Part shown: positions 21,325 through 31,104 of the stretch, piece after piece | Numbering within the stretch: the first letter of the stretch is position 1 | How the letters are laid out: each line of letters begins with the position of its first letter | Origin: Candidatus Sulfomarinibacteraceae bacterium | GTDB taxonomy: Bacteria > Acidobacteriota > Thermoanaerobaculia > Thermoanaerobaculales > Sulfomarinibacteraceae | NCBI GenBank assembly: GCA_963796455.1 | Contig: CAWCLO010000001.1 | Coordinates: 1,184,001 to 1,248,000, forward strand | Length of the DNA: 64,000 nt | Reading direction: 5' to 3' | Notes under the pieces: generated by a model | Database searches by the model: none | The model's input: the letters and a program-made list of their open reading frames with translations, nothing else | Told to the model about the DNA's origin: nothing | Translations under genes and position numbers: made by a program

Positions 21325-21700
21325 GGATTGCAGCGGCAGCGGCAGTGTCCAGCGGCAGCGACAGGGCTCAGGGCCAGAGAACAGCGATCAGTGTTCTGCG
21401 GCAGAGATCAGGGGCAGCGATCAGGTACAGTGACGGCGCGATCACCTCCGGGTCGGTTAACAGAACGAACAGCCGTTGTGGTGTAGGAGTCTCGCCTGCG
21501 CAAGGTGCGGCCGAGACGGCCGCACCACAAAGGCCGGAACCAAAAATATTGCTGCTGTTGGCTGTCCCGGCCGCTGATCGCTGACCCTGAAGACTGAACG
21601 CTAGCGCTGACTCCTGTTCGCTGTCGCTGAATTCTGTCGCTGTCCCCGATCGCTGCCCGAGACACTGTCTTGGACGAAGGTGATCCAGCATCCTGAATCC
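21325..21700 (-). mobile_element. Gene-less derivative (copy C, inverted) of the four-helix-bundle element
   Basis: Reverse strand reads ggatgctggatcaccttcgtccaagacagtgtctcgggcagcg...caggagtcagc...cgacccggaggtg...ctgatcgctg...gaacactgatcgctgttc...gctgcaat, colinear with 48385-49131. Confidence 0.75.
21476..21530. repeat. REP doublet nested inside copy C
   Basis: TTGTGGTGtaggaGTCTCGcCtGC ... GCGGCCGAGACGGCCGCACCACAA imperfect inverted repeat. Confidence 0.7.
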
Positions 21701-21841
21701 AGCATCGAGTATCGAGCATCGTGTGGTGCGTTCTCCCCTTCCCCCTTTCTCCCCTTCTCCTCTGCCCCTCTGCCCCTCTGCCCCTCTGCCAGCTTCGGAC
21801 GCGGACGCGGGTGCGAGTACAATGCCCCACCGGAGGATGAG

Positions 21842-23893
21842 ATGAGCGACCCAGTCCTGACTGTCGAACTGACCGATCTCCCCGAGCCCAAGCCCTTCAA
21901 ACCCGGCATCCGTCGGGCACCCAATCGCGGCTATGACCTCAACCGCAACGACACCATGGTCGCCCTCAAAAACGCCCTCCGATACATACCAGAGGAGCAC
22001 CACTCAACCGTCGCGCCGGAGTTCCTCGAGGAGCTGCTGACGATGGGCCGGATCTACGGCTATCGCTACCGCCCGGCAGAGGAGCTTTCGGGCAAGCCCA
22101 TCGACTCATACATCGGCCGGATTACGGAAGCCAAGGCGATGCAGGTGATGATCGACAACAACCTCGATTTCGATGTTGCCCTGTATCCCTACGAACTGGT
22201 GACGTACGGCGAAAGCGGACAGGTCTGCCAGAACTGGATGCAGTACCGCCTGATCAAGCGCTATCTCGAGATGATGGATCACGAACAGACCCTGGTCGTG
22301 AGCTCGGGACACCCTCTCGGTCTTTTTCCATCGAGACCCGAAGCTCCTCGCGCAATCATTACCAACGGGTTGATGGTCGGAATGTTCGACACGCCCGAGG
22401 ATTTCCAACGGCTTGCAGCCCTGGGTTGCGTAAACTACGGACAGATGACCGCCGGCGGATGGATGTACATCGGCCCCCAGGGCATCGTCCACGGCACCTA
22501 CATCACGCTCTTGAACGCCGGCCGCTTGTATCTGGGCGTGCCCGACGATGGGAATCTGGCGGGCAAGACCTTCATCACGTCGGGGCTCGGCGGCATGTCC
22601 GGAGCCCAACCAAAAGCCCTCGAGATCGCCGGCGGCGCCGGTATCGTGGCCGAGGTCGACCCCTCGAGAGTCGAGACCAGGCACTCCCAGGGATGGGTGT
22701 CAAAGGTCACCGACGACCTGGCGACCTCGGTCCGCTGGATGCTCGAAGGGGCGGAAAAGGGCGAGGCCGTTTCTATTGCCTACGAAGGAAATATCGTCGA
22801 TCTCCTCGAATACCTCGATGCCAATGACATTTCGGTCGATCTCTACTCCGATCAGACCTCGTGCCACGTCCCCTACGACGGCGGCTACACACCGGCCGGT
22901 CTCAGTTTTGACGAGGGCCGGGAGATGTTGGCAGCGGATCGTGATGATTTCAAACGCCTGGTGGACGAAAGCCTGATCCGTCATTTCAAGGTACTCAAAC
23001 GGCTGACCGACAAAGGGGCCCGGTTCTGGGACTACGGCAATGCCTTCATGAAGGCGGTCTTTGACGCAGGTGCGCCCGAAATCGCAACCAATGGTGCCGA
23101 TACCTCAGAGGGCTTCATCTGGCCCTCCTATGTCGAGGACATCATGGGACCCATGTGTTTTGACTATGGCTATGGGCCGTTTCGCTGGGTCTGTCTGTCG
23201 GGGAAGGCTGCTGACCTTTCGAAGACCGACGCTGCAGCGATGGGCTGCATCGATCCGTCTCGACGCGGCCAGGATCGAGACAACTGGCAGTGGATCAAGG
23301 ACGCCGAAAAAAACGCTCTTGTCGTCGGAACCCAGGCTCGGATTCTCTACGCCGATGCCGAGGGACGAACCGCGATTGCGCGCGAGTTCAACCGCATGGT
23401 TCGCGCCGGTGAGATCGGTCCGGTGATGATGGGTCGTGACCACCACGATACCGGAGGAACGGATTCACCCTATCGCGAGACCGCAAATATCTATGACGGT
23501 TCGAACACGGTCGCCGACATGGCCCACCAGTGCTGGGCCGGCAACGCGGCGAGGGGGATGACGATGGCAGTCCTCTCCAACGGCGGTGGGGTCGGTACCG
23601 GCAAGGCGATCAACGGAGGCTTCGGTCTTGTACTCGATGGTTCTGAACGCGTCGAACGAATCCTCGACACTGCGCTCGAGTGGGACGCCATGGGGGGCGT
23701 CGCCCGCCGTGCCTGGGCCCGGAACGAAAACGCCATCGAGACGGTCGACATCTGGAACCGTGCCAACGCCGCGCGTGGGCATGTGACAGTGCCGAGAGTT
23801 GCAGCCGACGATCTCGTCGAAGGACTGGTTGACGGGAGCCTGACGCAGGATTCAGGATTCAGGATTCAGGATGCTGGATCACTTTTGTCCTAG
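21842..23893 (+). CDS. hutU: Urocanate hydratase, long (~680 aa) form
   Basis: YPYELVTYG, YGQMTAGGWMYIGPQGIVHGT, GLGGMSGAQP, SDQTSCH, GPFRWVC, GRDHHD. Confidence 0.93.
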   Translation: MSDPVLTVELTDLPEPKPFKPGIRRAPNRGYDLNRNDTMVALKNALRYIPEEHHSTVAPEFLEELLTMGRIYGYRYRPAEELSGKPIDSYIGRITEAKAMQVMIDNNLDFDVALYPYELVTYGESGQVCQNWMQYRLIKRYLEMMDHEQTLVVSSGHPLGLFPSRPEAPRAIITNGLMVGMFDTPEDFQRLAALGCVNYGQMTAGGWMYIGPQGIVHGTYITLLNAGRLYLGVPDDGNLAGKTFITSGLGGMSGAQPKALEIAGGAGIVAEVDPSRVETRHSQGWVSKVTDDLATSVRWMLEGAEKGEAVSIAYEGNIVDLLEYLDANDISVDLYSDQTSCHVPYDGGYTPAGLSFDEGREMLAADRDDFKRLVDESLIRHFKVLKRLTDKGARFWDYGNAFMKAVFDAGAPEIATNGADTSEGFIWPSYVEDIMGPMCFDYGYGPFRWVCLSGKAADLSKTDAAAMGCIDPSRRGQDRDNWQWIKDAEKNALVVGTQARILYADAEGRTAIAREFNRMVRAGEIGPVMMGRDHHDTGGTDSPYRETANIYDGSNTVADMAHQCWAGNAARGMTMAVLSNGGGVGTGKAINGGFGLVLDGSERVERILDTALEWDAMGGVARRAWARNENAIETVDIWNRANAARGHVTVPRVAADDLVEGLVDGSLTQDSGFRIQDAGSLLS

Positions 23894-24234
23894 ACAGAGG
23901 GTCGGACAGCAATCAGGGGCAGCGACGGGGAACGGCGGACGGCGTCAGCGATCAGTCGCCAGCGGCAGCGACCAGCGGCCAGGGCAGCGTCAGCGTCAGC
24001 GTCAGCGTCAGCGAACAGCCCTTACTTGGAACGACCCGGAGGTGGCCACATCGTCGCCTGTACTCCTGACCGCTGACGCTGGACACTGTCGCTGTCGCTG
24101 CAATTCGGGATCGAGAACGGGTACGAGACAAGCGCGAACCGGATATGCCAAAAGCCAACCCGTAAACCACGTGATGTCAGGTGGGAAACTTCAGGTGACG
24201 ATCTGTTTTGGACAGCGGTAATGCTGGATGCTGG
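23846..24234 (+). mobile_element. Gene-less derivative (copy B) of the four-helix-bundle element
   Basis: Left anchor ggatcacttttgtcctagacagag, CAGCG arm, gaacgacccggaggtggccaca. 24135-24232 matches 49155-49252 at 88/98 nt by hand alignment. Confidence 0.85.
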
Positions 24235-24287
24235 CAGATTGTGATCCCGACTCTACCGATACGCAAATAGAACGATTGCGATGGTCG

Positions 24288-24331
24288 ATCTGCGTTCATC
24301 TGCGTTCATCTGCGTGATCTGCGGTTTCTCC
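24288..24331 (-). repeat. 9-mer array (ACGCAGATG/ACGCAGATC) with GAGAAACCGCAGAT anchor
   Basis: Same module at 10490-10515 (+), 58891-58917 (-) and 62380-62402 (+). Confidence 0.85.
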
Positions 24332-24421
24332 GGTTTCTCCCTCCAGGCAACGCCGTTCCGATTCCTGCAGCCAGCATCTGCTTCTGAGACGATCCCTGCC
24401 TGTAAGCGGTAAACTGGATTG

Positions 24422-25678
24422 ATGGACGCCCTCGTCTCCCACCTGCCGCCCGAGGTATTCGGGTTTGTCGTGACTCTCGGGCTGTCCTTGCTGATCGGTT
24501 TCGAGCGCGAGGAGCACGAACCCGATGGAATCGGAGGAGTTCGGACGTTTCCGATCATCGGGCTCAGCGGCTATCTCCTGGTTGCGGGCTTTCCGGATTC
24601 CGCAATTCCTTTTTCGCTCGGTCTGGCGGTCACCGGGATCCTGGTCGCGCTCTCCCACTGGCATTTCCTCAAGGAGGGCGAACCCGGTCTCACCACCGAG
24701 GCCGCCGTCCTGCTCACCTTCGCCCTCGGTGGCAGCGCCGCCAAGGGTTTCTACTGGATTGCCATTTCCACCGGTGTTGTCGCCGTCATTCTGCTCCAGG
24801 AGAAACATCTGCTCGAAGGACTGGCAACCAAACTGCCGCGCCGCGAACTCAGCACACTCCTCCGATTTCTGCTGCTCACCGCGGTCATCCTGCCGATCGT
24901 GCCGAATCGCGATTTCACGGCCTTCGAGATCAACCCCTTCAAGATCTGGCTGGTCGTGGCGGCGGTACTGGGTGTTTCATACGTCAGCTACCTGCTGCGT
25001 TTGACCCTCGGTGAAGACCGGGGGCTGATTCTTGCCGGTCTGCTCGGCGGGGCCTACTCCTCGACCGTCACCACGGTTGTCCTCGCCCGCCAATCGAAAA
25101 CGAGCCCACCCTGCGCGATCGGGTTTTCCGGCGCCATCATTGCCGCCACCGGGGTAATGTACATGAGGCTCTGGATTCTGCTCCTGCTCTTCGCCGCACC
25201 ACTGGCCCATCGCCTCGCGGTCATATTCTGGTGCCTCGGCCTGGCCGCCATCACTATCGGCGCTGTCCTGGCCCGCAAGCGAACCGACGAAGATTGTGAA
25301 TTTGACCCAACAAAGGAACGGCGAGACGGCAACCCGCTCGAAATGACCTCCGCCTTCACCTTTGCCGCCATTTTCACCGCCGTTCTGGTGGCCACCAAGA
25401 TCGTCGCCGAACGCTTCGGCAGCACGGGAATCCTGGTGATGGCGGCCATCATGGGCGCGGCCGATGTGGACCCATTTATCCTTGGTCTGACCCAGACCGT
25501 CGGCTCGGGCCTCGCCGTCGAAACCGCCGCGCTGGCGGTGGTGATCGCCGCGGCAGTGAACAATCTCATGAAGGGCGTTTACGCACTTGTCTTTGGTTCG
25601 AAGCGGACCGGTCGCCTCAGCCTGCTTGTCTTGAGCGCATTTGGCGTCCTCAGCGTCGTCCTGTTCTGGATGATCTGA
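24422..25678 (+). CDS. MgtC/SapB + DUF4010 membrane protein
   Basis: LLIGFERE, GGVRTFPII, GLTTEAA, GLLGGAYSSTVTT, GAADVD. Confidence 0.85.
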   Translation: MDALVSHLPPEVFGFVVTLGLSLLIGFEREEHEPDGIGGVRTFPIIGLSGYLLVAGFPDSAIPFSLGLAVTGILVALSHWHFLKEGEPGLTTEAAVLLTFALGGSAAKGFYWIAISTGVVAVILLQEKHLLEGLATKLPRRELSTLLRFLLLTAVILPIVPNRDFTAFEINPFKIWLVVAAVLGVSYVSYLLRLTLGEDRGLILAGLLGGAYSSTVTTVVLARQSKTSPPCAIGFSGAIIAATGVMYMRLWILLLLFAAPLAHRLAVIFWCLGLAAITIGAVLARKRTDEDCEFDPTKERRDGNPLEMTSAFTFAAIFTAVLVATKIVAERFGSTGILVMAAIMGAADVDPFILGLTQTVGSGLAVETAALAVVIAAAVNNLMKGVYALVFGSKRTGRLSLLVLSAFGVLSVVLFWMI

Positions 25679-26125
25679 GTTACACCCCGCCACCCTCAAC
25701 CCAGGGAATCGACCTGTAGCGCGCTTTTCTTCGCGGCTCAATTCGGCAATTACCACTCATAAATCACTCGTTTCGAGGGAGGCGTGAATAAATCCGCTGC
25801 CTGACACTGTTAAGCGTGTTGCACAAGGTTTTTCTTGAGAAAGGCGAACACGAAACACGTAGGTAGGAGGGGGCTTTTGTGAAGATCAAAGAGACGCCGA
25901 TGTCGATGTGTTATCTGCGACTAACAAAGACAACACCTCTCCCGCAACGAACAGGCGCGCCCGTTGTGGTGTCATCCGACTGGAAATTACTCTGATAATG
26001 AGGGATAATCGCCAGACTTTTCCTGGATGGTGAGGGATTCGGTGAGGCAGACATCAGCAAAACAGCATCTCGAAACTGATTTGGCACACGGCCAATCGGG
26101 GTTTCGAGGCGATTCAGACATCGGT

Positions 26126-27178
26126 ATGGAGTGTCACGATGAACTTCTTGCCGGAGTTTCGAGGACCTTTGCGTTCACTATTCCTCAGCTTCCGGACGGG
26201 CTTCGCGAGTCGGTCACCAACGCCTATCTTCTGTGCCGGATAGCCGACACTATCGAAGACGATCCCGGACTCGATTCCAGCGACAAGGACGAGTTCCATC
26301 GCCTCTTCACGGAAGCGGTCGAGACCGGGCGCGGCGCGGAGGAGTTTGCCCAACGCCTGGCGCCAAAACTCGCTCCCACGACCCTTCCTGCCGAGGTCGA
26401 ACTGATCCGGGAGAGCCCCAGCGTCGTGCAGGTGACCCACACTCTCGACTCGCGCCAACAAAAGGCCCTGCAGACGTGTCTTTCTACTATGACCGCCGGA
26501 ATGGGCGATTTCGAACGGAACAGAAATCTTTCGGGGCTCGCAGATGTCGCCGAATTCGAACGCTACTGCTACTTCGTGGCCGGCGTGGTCGGCGAAATGC
26601 TGACCGAGCTCTTCTGCGACCACTCGCCACTTATCGAGGCCCAACGTGAAGAGCTCGAGTCCAGAGCCGTGAGCTTTGGGCTCGCGCTGCAGATGACGAA
26701 TATTCTCAAAGATATCTGGGCCGACTACGAAAACGGTGTCTGCTGGCTGCCCCGTGAGATCTTCGACCGAAACGGCTATGATCTCGATCAATTGGATCCT
26801 GACCACAACGGACGAGGCGATGCATTCGCATCCTCGATGCACGATCTCATCAGCATCGCCAACGGCCATCTTCGCCGGGCGCTGGAATACACCACCATCA
26901 TCCCAGTCAATGAGACCGGAATTCGGCGTTTCCTGATCTGGGCTACTCTGTTGGCGGCCTCGACACTGAGAAAGATTTCCGCCGAACCGCTGTTCACCGA
27001 CGGGAGCCAGGTCAAGGTATCGCGCCGCAAGGTCACGGCGATCGTCGCCGCCTCCAACGCGGTGATTCGCAGCAATTTCGGGCTCACCACACTCTTCAAC
27101 ACCGCCGCGCGGGGTCTGCCGCGTGACAGAGGCAACGGATCTTCGACCTCTCTCCGAAAGGAACCTACAAACCCTTGA
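26126..27178 (+). CDS. Squalene synthase (farnesyl-diphosphate farnesyltransferase type); start uncertain (26027-26126)
   Basis: VSRTFAFTI, YLLCRIADTIEDD, YCYFVAGVVG, GLALQMTNILKD; hopanoid context. Confidence 0.85.
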   Translation: MECHDELLAGVSRTFAFTIPQLPDGLRESVTNAYLLCRIADTIEDDPGLDSSDKDEFHRLFTEAVETGRGAEEFAQRLAPKLAPTTLPAEVELIRESPSVVQVTHTLDSRQQKALQTCLSTMTAGMGDFERNRNLSGLADVAEFERYCYFVAGVVGEMLTELFCDHSPLIEAQREELESRAVSFGLALQMTNILKDIWADYENGVCWLPREIFDRNGYDLDQLDPDHNGRGDAFASSMHDLISIANGHLRRALEYTTIIPVNETGIRRFLIWATLLAASTLRKISAEPLFTDGSQVKVSRRKVTAIVAASNAVIRSNFGLTTLFNTAARGLPRDRGNGSSTSLRKEPTNP

Positions 27179-29412
27179 GCAACTCCTGCTTCCCTTCGTT
27201 TCACAAGCTTTCGGTCCAAGAACGGGTACGAACCGTTCGCGACCGGGGTCTCCTTTCGTCCCAGGAATACAAGGCTCTGGTCAACGGAGATACCGTCCTC
27301 GATATCAACAATGCCGACACCATGATCGAGAACGTGATCGGAGTCATGGGTCTGCCCATCGGCCTCGGTCTCAACTTTCTCATCAACGGCAAAGACTATG
27401 TGGTGCCCCTGGCGGTTGAAGAACCGTCGATCGTCGCAGCCCTCAGTTATGCGGCGAAGACCGCTCGATCGTCGGGCGGATTCACAACCTCGAGTTCGGA
27501 GCCCATCCTCATCGGCCAGATCCAGTTGGTTGATGTCCCGCATACCAGCAGGGCGCGACAGATTCTCGAACAGCGCAAAGAAGAAATCCTCAACCTCGCC
27601 AACGGTCTCCACCCAAGGATGGTGGCTCGAGGCGGTGGTGCGGTCGATCTCGAGGTGATTATCCACCCCGCCACCAGCGACTCGGTGGAGATGCTGGTGG
27701 TCCATCTCCTGGTCGACACCCGCGACGCGATGGGTGCGAATCTGGTCAATACCATGTGCGAGGGCGTGGCTTCCTTTGTCGAGAGCCTCACCGGCGGCAA
27801 GGTCTTCCTGCGCATCTTGTCCAATCTCGCCGATCGCTCCCTGGTTCGCGCATCAGTGAAGATTCCGGTGCAGAATCTCGGCAACAACGGCTTCGATGGC
27901 GACCAGGTGCGCGACGGCATCATGATCGCCAGCCAATTCGCCTCGGTCGACTCGTACCGCGCGGCGACTCACAACAAGGGCATCATGAATGGTGTCGACG
28001 CCGTTGCGTTGGCAACCGGAAACGATTGGCGGGCTGTCGAGGCCGGCGCCCACGCTTTTGCGGCGCGCGGCAGTCACTACACGTCGCTTTCGAGATGGAC
28101 CAAAGATGAAGACGGCGCGTTGCTGGGAGAAATCGAGCTCCCGATTCGGGTCGGCATCGTTGGCGGCCCCATGCAGTCGAACCCATCAGTCGCAATGAAT
28201 CTCCGACTGTCCAAGGTCCAGTCCTCACGCGAGCTCGCCGAGGTGATGGCAGCAGTCGGTCTGGCACAGAATTTCTCCGCGCTCCGAGCGCTTGTTACCG
28301 ACGGCATTCAACACGGGCACATGACCCTTCACGCGCGAAGCGTAGCCACCGCCGCCGGGGCCACCCCCGAGATATTTGACACCGTGGTCGAAAAACTCGT
28401 CGAGTCGGGCGAGATCAAGATATGGAAGGCCGAGGAGGTCATCGGTCAGGTCAGGACCCAGATGGGCCACGCCATGGCCAACGACGAGCGCGCCGAGATG
28501 GCCGCCGGTCACGGCAAGATCATCCTTTTTGGCGAACACGCGGTGGTCTATGGCAGCCGCGCCATCGCAGCTCCCGTGCCGTTGGCGGTGCGGGCTCGCA
28601 TCATCGATGACGACGACGGCGTGTGGTTGGTGATTCCCCGCTGGGGAGTCGAGCAACGGCTGCGTTCGGACCCGTCCAAACAATTGTCCTTCGAGGTCCC
28701 GGCCGCACTGATATTGCGCGAGCTCGGTCTGTCCGACCGCTCGATGAGGATCGAGGTCTATTCGGAGATTCCGCGTGCCATGGGTCTCGGCGGTTCGGCC
28801 GCGGTAGCGGTGGCGATCATCCGTGCAATGGATCGTCACTTCAATCTCGAGCTCACCGACGATCAGGTCAACGCCCTCGCATTCCAATGTGAGTGCGTCG
28901 CTCACGGGACACCTTCCGGCATCGACAATACCGTGGCGACCTATGGTCAGCCCTTGGTATACCGTAAGGGTGATCCGCCGCAGATCCACAGTTTGAATCT
29001 GACCAAACCGATCAACTTCGTCATCGGGCTCACCGGGGTCGAAGGTCTGACGGCCAAGATGGTGGCCCGGGTCCGCGAGGGCCGAGAGCGCAACCGCGAT
29101 GTCTACGACACCATGTTCAAGGGCATCGACGCCGTGACTCTGCAGGCTCTCGAAGCGCTCAAGAACAACGATCTCGAACGGCTCGGCGAGTTGATGAATG
29201 TCTGCCAGGGTCTTCTCAACGGACTCCAGGTCTCGAGCTGGGAACTCGAAGAGTTGATCCAGATCGCCCGCGAAAACGGAGCGCTCGGGGCCAAGCTGAC
29301 CGGCGGCGGCGGTGGCGGTTCGATGATCGCTTTGTGCCCCGACAATGCCGCACAGGTCATCGCCGCGATCCAGGACGCCGGCTACCAGGCGATGGAGGTC
29401 CGCATTGGCTGA
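27175..29412 (+). CDS. Fusion of class II HMG-CoA reductase and a mevalonate kinase (GHMP) domain
   Basis: N-part ENVIG, EEPSIVAA, DAMGAN, THNKGIMNG, GIQHGHMTLHA. C-part GKIILFGEHAVVYG, PRAMGLGGSAA, HGTPSGID, GAKLTGGGGGG. One uninterrupted 745-aa ORF. Confidence 0.92.
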   Translation: MSNSCFPSFHKLSVQERVRTVRDRGLLSSQEYKALVNGDTVLDINNADTMIENVIGVMGLPIGLGLNFLINGKDYVVPLAVEEPSIVAALSYAAKTARSSGGFTTSSSEPILIGQIQLVDVPHTSRARQILEQRKEEILNLANGLHPRMVARGGGAVDLEVIIHPATSDSVEMLVVHLLVDTRDAMGANLVNTMCEGVASFVESLTGGKVFLRILSNLADRSLVRASVKIPVQNLGNNGFDGDQVRDGIMIASQFASVDSYRAATHNKGIMNGVDAVALATGNDWRAVEAGAHAFAARGSHYTSLSRWTKDEDGALLGEIELPIRVGIVGGPMQSNPSVAMNLRLSKVQSSRELAEVMAAVGLAQNFSALRALVTDGIQHGHMTLHARSVATAAGATPEIFDTVVEKLVESGEIKIWKAEEVIGQVRTQMGHAMANDERAEMAAGHGKIILFGEHAVVYGSRAIAAPVPLAVRARIIDDDDGVWLVIPRWGVEQRLRSDPSKQLSFEVPAALILRELGLSDRSMRIEVYSEIPRAMGLGGSAAVAVAIIRAMDRHFNLELTDDQVNALAFQCECVAHGTPSGIDNTVATYGQPLVYRKGDPPQIHSLNLTKPINFVIGLTGVEGLTAKMVARVREGRERNRDVYDTMFKGIDAVTLQALEALKNNDLERLGELMNVCQGLLNGLQVSSWELEELIQIARENGALGAKLTGGGGGGSMIALCPDNAAQVIAAIQDAGYQAMEVRIG

Positions 29413-29980
29413 AGCGAAGCCTCCGACCAACGATGAAGTGGTCTCGAGCGAGAACGAGCCACTCATCCTGGTTGATGCGTCCGATCGCGAGATCGGCCAT
29501 CTCGACAAGGGCGCCTGCCACGACGGGCCCGGTGTGCTGCACCGGGCATTCTCCCTTTTCATCTTCAATTCATCGGGTCAGCTCCTCCTCCAACAACGAA
29601 GTGATGAGAAACGTCTGTGGCCTCTCTACTGGTCCAATTCGTGCTGCAGCCATCCGCGCCGGGGTGAGACCATGGAGGTCGCCACCGAACGGCGACTCGC
29701 CCAGGAGCTCGGGCTGAGCAGCCAACTGCATCACCTCTATACTTTTCAGTATCAGGCACCATATCTCGATCTCGGATCGGAGAACGAAGTGTGCCGGGTC
29801 TTTGTCGGCCGAAGCGACGAAGAACCACAACCCAATATGCACGAGGTTGCCGCCATCCGGTGGATAACTCCCGCCGATCTCGATTTGGAATTCGAAAGTC
29901 AACCGGAGGTCTTCACACCCTGGTTCACGATGGAATGGAGCCGGGTGCGAAGTGTGTTTCAGAAGAAACTGAATCTCTGA
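29405..29980 (+). CDS. idi: Isopentenyl-diphosphate delta-isomerase, type 1
   Basis: LHRAFSLFIF, LQQRS, WSNSCCSHP, RRLAQELG, ENEVC, FTPWF; TTG start overlapping the upstream stop. Confidence 0.92.
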   Translation: MAEAKPPTNDEVVSSENEPLILVDASDREIGHLDKGACHDGPGVLHRAFSLFIFNSSGQLLLQQRSDEKRLWPLYWSNSCCSHPRRGETMEVATERRLAQELGLSSQLHHLYTFQYQAPYLDLGSENEVCRVFVGRSDEEPQPNMHEVAAIRWITPADLDLEFESQPEVFTPWFTMEWSRVRSVFQKKLNL

Positions 29981-29989
29981 GGTGATCTG

Positions 29990-31094
29990 ATGGGAATTCC
30001 GCTGATTCAACAACTCCGCATCGGCGGTTATCTGATCAAGCAGCGCATCCTGCGTCGCGAGCGATATCCGCTCGCCATGATGTTGGAACCGCTTTTTCAG
30101 TGCAACCTTGCCTGCGCCGGATGCGGCAAGATCGACCACCCCGACGAGATCCTCAAAAAGAGGGTCAGCGTCGAAGACGCGCTCAAGGCGGTGGACGAGT
30201 GCGGCGCACCGGTGGTTTCGATCCCGGGCGGCGAACCCCTGATCCACGACCAGATGCCCGAGATCGTTCGTGGCATCGTGGCCCGCAAAAAGTTCGTCTA
30301 TCTCTGCACCAACGCCTTGCTGCTCAAGCGTAAAATCGACGACTACAAACCTTCGCCCTATCTGACATTCTCCGTCCACCTCGACGGCAATCGCGAACGG
30401 CACGACGCCTCGGTGTGCCAGGAAGGGGTCTACGATCGGGCGGTCGAAGCCATCAAACTGGCGCTCGAGCCGAGGTTTCCGGGTCACTATCAACTGCACT
30501 CTGTTCACCGGAGAAGACCCCGACGAGGTGGCCGAGTTCTTTGACGATGTGATGGAGATGGGCGTCGAAGGCATCACCATATCCCCCGGCTACAGCTACA
30601 GCAGAGCTCCGCGGCAAGATGTCTTCATGAATCGCCGCGAAAGCAAGCAACTTTTCCGGGAGATCTTCAGACGGGGCAAGGAACGCAAGAAACCGTGGCG
30701 TTTCAATCAGTCGTCCCTCTTTGTCGACTTCCTGGCGGGAAACCAGGACTACCAGTGCACGCCGTGGTCCAACCCGACCTACAGCGTCTTCGGTTGGCAG
30801 AAACCGTGTTACCTGCTGGTCGACGAAGGATATGCCGAGACCTACCAGGAAATGATGGATGAGACACCCTGGGATCATTACGGCGCCGGTCGAAACCCCA
30901 AGTGCGACAACTGCATGGCCCATTGCGGCTATGAGGGCACGGCCGTGGCCGACACCTTCTCCCACCCGCTCAAGGCCCTGAAGGTGGCGCTCAAGGGACC
31001 CGACACCGAGAAACCGATGGTTCCCGAACCGCCCCTCGAGTATCTCGACGACCACCGCGAGGCGAGAAAGCTGCCGGTCAAACAGGCCGGCTGA
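29990..31094 (+). pseudogene. hpnH: Adenosylhopane synthase HpnH (radical SAM) split by a 1-nt insertion; real lesion or assembly error
   Basis: MLEPLFQCNLACAGCGKI in the first frame; CTPWSNPT..GWQKPCYL..CDNCMAHCGYE in the second. Removing one C at 30470/30471 restores ALERGFRVTINCTLF. Confidence 0.88.
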
Positions 31095-31104
31095 TCGCAA
31101 AAAA

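Noticed and set aside
24021..24030. Gene remnant in copy B (TCC AAG TAA on the minus strand)
   Set aside because: The position fits the gene's stop, but 9 nt is too short to support the call.
25680..26025. Riboswitch or ncRNA in the long AT-richer spacer before the isoprenoid operon
   Set aside because: I could not recognise a conserved motif, strong hairpin or terminator; an Rfam scan would be needed.
26081..26098. Sigma-54 promoter at TTGGCAC upstream of squalene synthase
   Set aside because: No TTGC -12 element at the required spacing.
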